Part shown: in pieces, positions 56,788 through 64,000 of the stretch | Layout: each line of letters opens with the position of its first letter | How positions within the stretch are numbered: the first letter of the stretch is position 1 | Assembly (NCBI RefSeq): GCF_003704095.1 | Contig: NW_020844363.1 | Location: 744,001-808,000 of the forward strand | Direction of reading: 5' to 3' | Origin: Pocillopora damicornis | Taxonomy: Eukaryota | DNA: 64,000 nt | Position numbers and translations under genes: made by a program | The notes under the pieces: generated by a model | Seen by the model: the letters and a program-made list of their open reading frames with translations, nothing else | Databases searched by the model: none | What the model was told of the DNA's origin: nothing

Positions 56788-59700
56788 TCACCTCTGATAT
56801 CTTTGCAGTAGCGTTGTATAGCACGAGTCACACACGCGGACGGGTTTGGCCGAGGAGGGGAGAGGCATGGTGTAATCCGAACAAGAATTACAGAAGATAC
56901 CACCGCAGTTACGACAATGATGCTAAAATAAGGCAAATACGTGAGTTAGTTGATCAATCTACATGTAAAACGCACGACCAAAAGAAAAGAACCTCATGAT
57001 GGTATGTAGTCTGATAAGGCTTTCCTGAAGCCGGCAGTCGCGTGATCAGAACCGGTCTCTCTCTCTAATATTTACACACCCAAACACTAGAATACCAGGA
57101 AAGTAAGATGCTTAAATCAACAGCTAGAATACCTTTCGTCTGGCCAAAGAAAACGGCTGATTACACTGTTGACATTTAGTAGCGTCCTTGTCTTCAGCCC
57201 ATTTCATGTCCTAAAATGACCCACGAGAAATGCAATATCATTTTTATTTCATTATTTAAACGGCACGTTATCTCGTTTTGCTACCCTCCCGCCCCATTCC
57301 CCCTCCTATAAACTCACATCCTCTGTGATTCTTTCCCTCGCCATCAATCAGCTTTCTTTTACTTTTCCCATCTAAAGATCGTACGTAAAATATCAGGAAA
57401 CCTTTCTGGGCTTTGCCTTTTGCTTGAGGCAAAGTTGAATGATTTTTAAATACTGATCACTTGGAAGTTTTTTACATGTAAACCTTCGCTATCCACCAAG
57501 GTAGTAAAAAAATACAGAAGCCATTCCTTTTGTGGAATTCAGGTTCTTAGTGAACGAGCTTACTTGACTGAAATAATACGAATAATTCAACGACACTTGC
57601 CCCGAAGTCTCGTTTCGCATTTGACATCATCATAGTTCAACAAATGGCATTACCTTCATAGACTGCGTAACTTCTTTCATTTCTTCAACCTTTTGCTGAG
57701 AACTAATCAAGACATACTCAGTTAGTGACGTCGAAACAACTTTTTGCTGAACAGTTTATTTACAGTTCTTAATAAGTACCGCGACCCGACACAAAATTCC
57801 TCTTGCTTTTTCACTTCTTCCGCTACTATCGCGCCGTTTCCCATTTCGCTCCGTCTTACGAACTGGACGTCTGGAACAGGCAACACTTTTTTTTGCAGTG
57901 TAAACTACCTGCATTAGTGACAAAAAACCGGAGTTTTACACTGTGAACAAGACACACTCAGTCGTTAACTTCAAATGGCTGTTTTGTTGTACAGTTTACG
58001 TTGAGTGCTTGGTTAGCACAAATACCTTTGTTTGCAGGCACCCTAAGGTAGGTTTAGAAAGACAGTAATCCCACGAGGTGACGATAAAAACTTGAACAAG
58101 GTATTAATGGGAACCACGACCCGCGGAAGAGATCTATCAAAGTTCCCATTGAAAAACCGCGTTGGGCGAAACCCCGAAAAACTGCCCAGAAGGAGACTAC
58201 CTTTGAGCAAAAAGTGTGGGGGAAACATAAATATGAGGTACTTACTTAGATAAATGAGAGCCCATTTCTACCAGTGCCTAAAACAACAAAGAAAAACAAA
58301 ACCAAATTATCATTTTCATGAAGGCACTACTCAAATGCCGCACCTCCCTCTTTCCACGGTCACTCACCATTTCCTGTTCCGAGTACGATTTCTTCAGTGA
58401 CATGTACTTCTCATGTAATGCTTGGTATTCCTTGTAATGAAATGAAAACAGGTTAAGTTTTGTGACATACCGAATGCAATTAGTACAGGTAATAACATGA
58501 TTTCGAGTGCAATTTGGTGTAAATAAGCACGAGTAAATTTTTCAAAGACAACAAAATTGCACAAGACTGTAAGTCTTATTACAACAAATGACAAGAGAAA
58601 TCATGTTATCACTTGTTAATAATGTACATAAAGAAAGAAAACATCGCAGAAAGTCAAGACCAACGAAATTTTGAAAGCGTGCGCACTATTTGTAATTTGC
58701 ACTCGTGTTACATGAGAATGCACCAGTTTTCAGCCAATCAGAAGCGAGCAATTTTTTTCATGTACATAATTAACCCTATTAAACCTAAGGCCAAGCAACA
58801 ACAAACCACATTAGAGAAGGACTGGGATAAACCAGCTGCCTTGCTTAAATGGAGGGTGGATGCCTGAGGCATACAGGGACTTCCAGTTTGTTTTGCCCGC
58901 CCTCTCATAAAATAACTCCTCCATGAATAGAAAAACCCTGCACCCTTGCCCAGTGCCCTTGAACCAAACATCCGTCGATGGTGATCAGATCAGTTGATTA
59001 GGGGAAAGCTTGAAAAGAACCCTGCGAGGGCCGCTGAGGTGTACTGACGGGCAGTCTCTACTTAAGTGCTCAAGATCGCAACTTGAATAATGAGGTTGGG
59101 TAGTGCGTCGCTTGATTGCAAGAGAGTTAGGGTAGTTTTTAGAAGTGGCCCGTCGTAATTTTACTAAATCCAGAACTAAGGCAAATAAATAATGCTAAGA
59201 TGAAAAACACATTCGTTGCACCTTTTTAAGTTTTTCAAGTTGCGTTAATTCCATCTGCATGGCACCTATCCTCTCTTTATCTTTAACGGATTCTTCTTGC
59301 AGACTTGTCCTCCACTCACGCTCGATTTTCAGGTTGGTTGTCAGTGCAGTTCTGAAGTGCAAAATAAATGGACAACTAAAACAGTGAATTCAAAAGAGCA
59401 GCGCATTGTTTAATTCTCAGTCCGGCAAGTTTACAGTTATACAATCTAACCCCTAAATCTTTTTGTAAAGTCTTGGGAAAAAAAAGGAGGTAGGATTACT
59501 AAAAAGTACTTCCAAATTATCCTGCTTTTTATCACCTTCGTTCTGCGTTTTATTGTGTTATTTTTGCACATTTGGCTTCGTTTTATATGTTCATACACTC
59601 GCGCGAAAGCTTATAGTTTAATCGTAGAGAAAAATTTGTGTACTCTATCATATCACCTTTCACTTTCGCTGTCAGCCAGCTTGTTGTTAAGTTGGCTGGC

Positions 59701-62700
59701 CAAGTTTTCCGCTGCTGTTTTCTTTGATGTCACTTCACCAAGGCTAAATCAGCGGGAAAAGACAAAGAAAAAGGTTCAGATAAGGCTTTGTTGCGAGAAA
59801 TTTGGAATTGTTTTCAGCTCACTTCCCTGCACTCTATTATTGGTCCAGAGAACTCATTATCCTCTCCGTTTCAATCAATCAGATGGAACACTAAGACCCA
59901 ACGCAACTCAGCTATTTGCGTTTTCCCACCCTTAAGTTCAGTTAGAGGTTTTTATCGGAGTTGACTAACTCGTTGTGATATTTCTTTTGTTCGGATTGGC
60001 GCTGATGGCCTCTCGGCGTTTGGTTTGCGGACATTCAAGAGAGTGCTCTAGAGAGATCGAGACAAAAATCTAACAACAATCATAGGTTACAGAAATCTTT
60101 TCACCTGTTTTCTAGTTCCTTGGTGTGACTTATCAGTCTCGCACATTTTTCTTCCAGTTCTGTCCATTTCCCCATGTGGTCCTTTGTTGACGTCTCGCTC
60201 ATCTGCCGAATCAGTCAGTCAATAAATAAATCAATCAATCAATCAGACAGTCAGTGGGTCAGTCGGCCAGTCAGCCGGTCAGTCACTCAGTTTGTCTGTC
60301 ACTCAGTCAGTAAGTTAGTCAGCCAGTAATTCGGATAGTGAGTCGGATAGTCCGTCATTTTGTCAGTCAGTCAGCCAGCCAGTGAGTGAGTCAGTTAGCC
60401 AGTGAGTCAGACAGTCAGTCAGTCAGTCAGTCAGTCAGTGAGTCAGTCAACCTGTAAGTCGGACAGTCAGTCATTTTATCAGTCAGTCAGTTAGCCAGTG
60501 AGTGAGTCAGCTAGCCAGTAAGTCGGACAGTCAGTCATTTTGTCAGTCAGTCAGTTCGCCTGTGAGTAAGTCAGTAAGGCAGTAAGTAATACATTCAGTC
60601 AATCAGTTAGTCGGTTATCCCCCTCAACCTACAACCTTGTCAGTAGTGTGAATGTGTTACCTGTAATTTGTTGTGAAGCTCTAAGTTAAGTTTCTTGACA
60701 TCCTCCAGTTGCCTTCGAATGGAGACCAGCGTGTCTTGCTTATCATGGATGTCTTTTTCTAAAAGCCGCATGGCAACCTGACGATGAACAACGAGGCACT
60801 GGTTTCGATAATTTGTGTTAAAGAGGATAATTCTCAAATCTCAAAGTCCGCTAGTTGTATCTTCAAACATGCCAACCAGTATGGAACTTAAAGCACATGC
60901 ACGGTCAAAGTCACCGAATTTTAAGACTAGTCCAAGCATTCAGTGAGTAAAGCGGGGCGAAATGATAAATTGCATGATAGCTGCAGCGAAACGAAAAAAC
61001 GAGAGAGGTTTGGTTCGGGTCGGGTTCATGACTCGACCGGACCCAAACCTCTCTCTTGTTTTTTTACCCTCCGCTTCTATGGCGCTGTTTACTATCGCAC
61101 TTCATTTTACTCATTGAACACCTGGCACAGGCCACCCAATTCGATTCAAGGCGAACCAAACATGGCCGCATTCAACAAAATAATAATTGTGAAGCTGCAC
61201 GCTCAGACAAAATAATACAAGTTTCACTTAATAACACTTATTTTTATACGTGTCCTTAGCAAACTGTTTTAGTTGTTGATACGTTAACATTGCGTTATTC
61301 ACAACAACTACGGCAGTTGTTTAAACAACAAAATGTACTCACTTCACTCTCCTCTCTCATACTTCTGGCTAAATCCAGTTCCTTTTCTGTTTCCTGAAAT
61401 ATATGAAATATTATATCATACATGTGTTTCAAACCAATAAGATACATTTTTTTTCTCAGACGAAAATGTTTTACAAAAGAAGACCCCTGCTTTCTTTACC
61501 TTTCTTAGTTGTATTTCTGTGTCCAATTGCTTTCTGATCACATTATACATCTCATTCAAACCCTCCCTATCAAATCAAGAGAAAAAGAGAGTTTCAGGAA
61601 AGACATGTAAGCAAATGGCTATTTTAACAAAAGAAGTTTGATCTTCNNNNNNNNNNNNNNNNNNNNNNNNNNNNNNNNNNNNNNNNNNNNNNNNNNNNNN
61701 NNNNNNNNNNNNNNNNNNNNNNNNNNNNNNNNNNNNNNNNNNNNNNTAAACTTACCTCAATTGCATTTCATTCAACATAGTAAAATAAACTTACTTGCAG
61801 TTTCCTGGCACTGACTTCATTCATTTGATTATTTGCATCCTGTAAGATGTCTCTTTCTTGCATCAGTTGTACTATTTGCTCAGTACACGATGTAAGCTGT
61901 TAACACAAATTCATGCAGTAAATCAAGAATTTCTTATGTTGTTTATAGGAAGAATAAATAAAATAAATCAAGTGGCTTATTTTTAATTTAGGATGCCAGT
62001 AGCCAAACTTGGAACATACTTGCAGCTTAAGTAGACCTTGTGTAATTCTTGTTCACACACTACTGCACAAAATCATCAAAATTTATTGCTGCATTTACAC
62101 CTTAAAATGATAAAAAAACAAAAACAAAAACAATCAAAAAGCACATCCATCACAGTACAAGACACTAAACATACCTGAGTACTAAGGTCATCATTTGTCA
62201 TTTTCAGATTCTTTACCTTTGACTGTAAAGTGTTTACTGTAGTACTAAATGAAATGCAAAGGTACATGTACGTTAGTGATGAAGAAGAATTATCATACAA
62301 CTCATATGGCCCCACAAGTGCACTTTTATTGAAAACATGTTAAAATGAAGTCAATGTTTGAGGGCCAGGCGCCATGGCGCCAGCAGCCATGTGGCCCACA
62401 AGATGCCAGCTGAAAGAAGAGAGGAATAGATCATGCTATAGAGTTCTTATTGTCTGCGTAATGGGGCCTGATGAGGAAAATCTTTTGCTCAAGGTAATGA
62501 CATACAGACCTAGCCCCATCCATAAACACAAATTAAGCAGAAGTTATTTGAGAAATAAAACTATGCGGCAAGGGTAATAAGATTTCTAGTTGATCCAAAC
62601 CATCTTCAGGGAAGCATACCCTGTTCCAGATGTTTAGTGGGTAAAACAAACCCCAAAAGTAAACGGCGCGATAGTAACAAAGGAGTGAAAAACCTAACAA

Positions 62701-63954
62701 CGAGTTAAGGTTAACACTGGGTCAGGGGATGGGTAGGTGCACTATTGCTCAGATACTAACATTGATCCAACTTAAATTATTACAGCACCATAATTTGATG
62801 TAATTAAACTCACTTCAAGTTTCTATTCACTTCCTCCAGGTACGTCTTCTGATCAATTAACACACTTAAGTCACTTCCCTCACTGTCATCTCCTCTGAAA
62901 AAAAAATTGAACTGCATTATCATGCAGCATTTATCAATGGGGTAACACATACCCAAACACCACAACATATGGCACCATAACTGTTGTACAGAGACTGTAC
63001 ACATATCCTTGTTATAAGTGGGTTAAGTGACTCCTAAAACCTAAACATAATTGTGATTGTGGTCTTGTATACAGAAATCGTTTCATTAAGTTGCTAATTT
63101 GACCTCAGTTCTGAAAAACTTGGCTTATGAATTTTTTATCATGTATTGTTAACTTTAATCAGGACTTGAGATAAGGTGTTAAATTGTACAAAATTTCCAA
63201 ATAATCATCAATAGGCTTTCAAAAAAAATTGCTACTTTGCTAAAGGAGGATTCAGTTGAAACCATTAACTGCATTTAAATGTTACTTTCTCGTTATATGT
63301 TTTTTATCACAAAGTTAGTATTAAATAAAATTAAAGTCAGCTCTGATGATAAAGTAGGAATTGTTTGAAACCCATCAGCACAAACATATGTTCTTTCCCA
63401 TTTCAAACATTCAAGAGACTTAAATTATACTATCAAGAAAATAAGTAGAACTACAGTGCAAAGTCTGTACAACAGTAATGAGAACAAGTCCATACACTTA
63501 CTTTTTATTATTATCTGGGAGAGACTTTTCTAAATAGTTTCCATCTTTGAGATACAAACTAAGATCCAAAACTGCAGACTAAAGAAGATGGATTATTGCA
63601 AGTTCCAATATCAGAAGTATTGTTAAACAACACATCACACTGAGAGCGAAAATTCACATCAATTTTAATGATAGAGATAGCTTAGAAGAGATAGCTCTAT
63701 GTGCACTGATTGCTTCACTGACTGAGCCTTAGTCTCCTACACAGCCTGTCAACAATTTAAAGCTGTTTTGTTGCTTAAATCTTTTATTATTACTAATTGA
63801 TCTTTCCTGGAAACAGGTTTTACCACTTACCCATGTATCAAGGCTGTCTCCCTTTAGATCAAAATTGCAGTCAATGATGTTGATCCCCACAAGCAAACCA
63901 GATATAACTGAACCTTCCTCTTGCATTAATGCTGCACGAGGCTCATACCAATCT
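56788..63954 (-). CDS. RUFY2: RUN and FYVE domain-containing protein (RUFY1/2/3 co-orthologue), 3' part; exons 63954-63831, 63578-63502, 62894-62814, 62244-62175, 61896-61795, [exon probably in gap 61647-61746], 61566-61500, 61393-61343, 60777-60661, 60202-60105, 59743-59657, 59351-59222, 58430-58368, 58277-58246, 57702-57654, 57210-57133, 56922-56788
   Basis: End of RUN domain ([25 protein letters not shown]), [78 protein letters not shown]. The 5' end lies beyond the window. The symbol is approximate (pre-duplication orthologue). Confidence 0.92.
60209..60615. repeat. Degenerate (TCAG)n tetranucleotide microsatellite in a RUFY intron
   Basis: Long imperfect agtc/tcag array with higher-order ~60-bp repeats. 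Confidence 0.92.
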
Positions 63955-64000
63955 CTGAAAATACACAAACACACACAAAAAGTGATGTAAATGTATGAAA

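Noticed and set aside
60209-60615. CRISPR-like array
   Set aside because: Degenerate tetranucleotide microsatellite in a eukaryotic intron; no unique spacers or cas genes.

Overview
Eukaryotic (animal) genomic scaffold with five 100-N gaps. It is AT-rich, has GT-AG spliced genes and many MITEs; the repeat families and gene style suggest a stony coral (inference). Gene order, with exons assembled by hand: two tandem orphan class-A GPCRs (+); COX18 (+, 7 exons), with a 434-codon antisense ORF nested in intron 4; PLA2G12 (-); a single-coding-exon UBE2M/F-like E2 (+); PTEN (-); two stand-alone NHL-repeat genes (-); an M28 peptidase-CUB-GPI gene (+); a piggyBac transposase relic; and the 3' part of a RUFY gene (-). 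The most notable observation is that PTEN has two tandem, paralogous first coding exons (33806-33881 and 34228-34315). Each ends at the same codon position in a perfect U12 (minor-spliceosome) donor GTATCCTT, and both share one U12 branch point and acceptor. This predicts two PTEN isoforms with different PIP2-binding N-termini. Other points of interest: both GPCRs lack the DRY arginine but share a C-terminal GWxESxL motif; the M28-CUB-GPI domain architecture; a visible CpG-depletion mosaic; and linkage of genes whose human orthologues lie on 4q/5q/10q.
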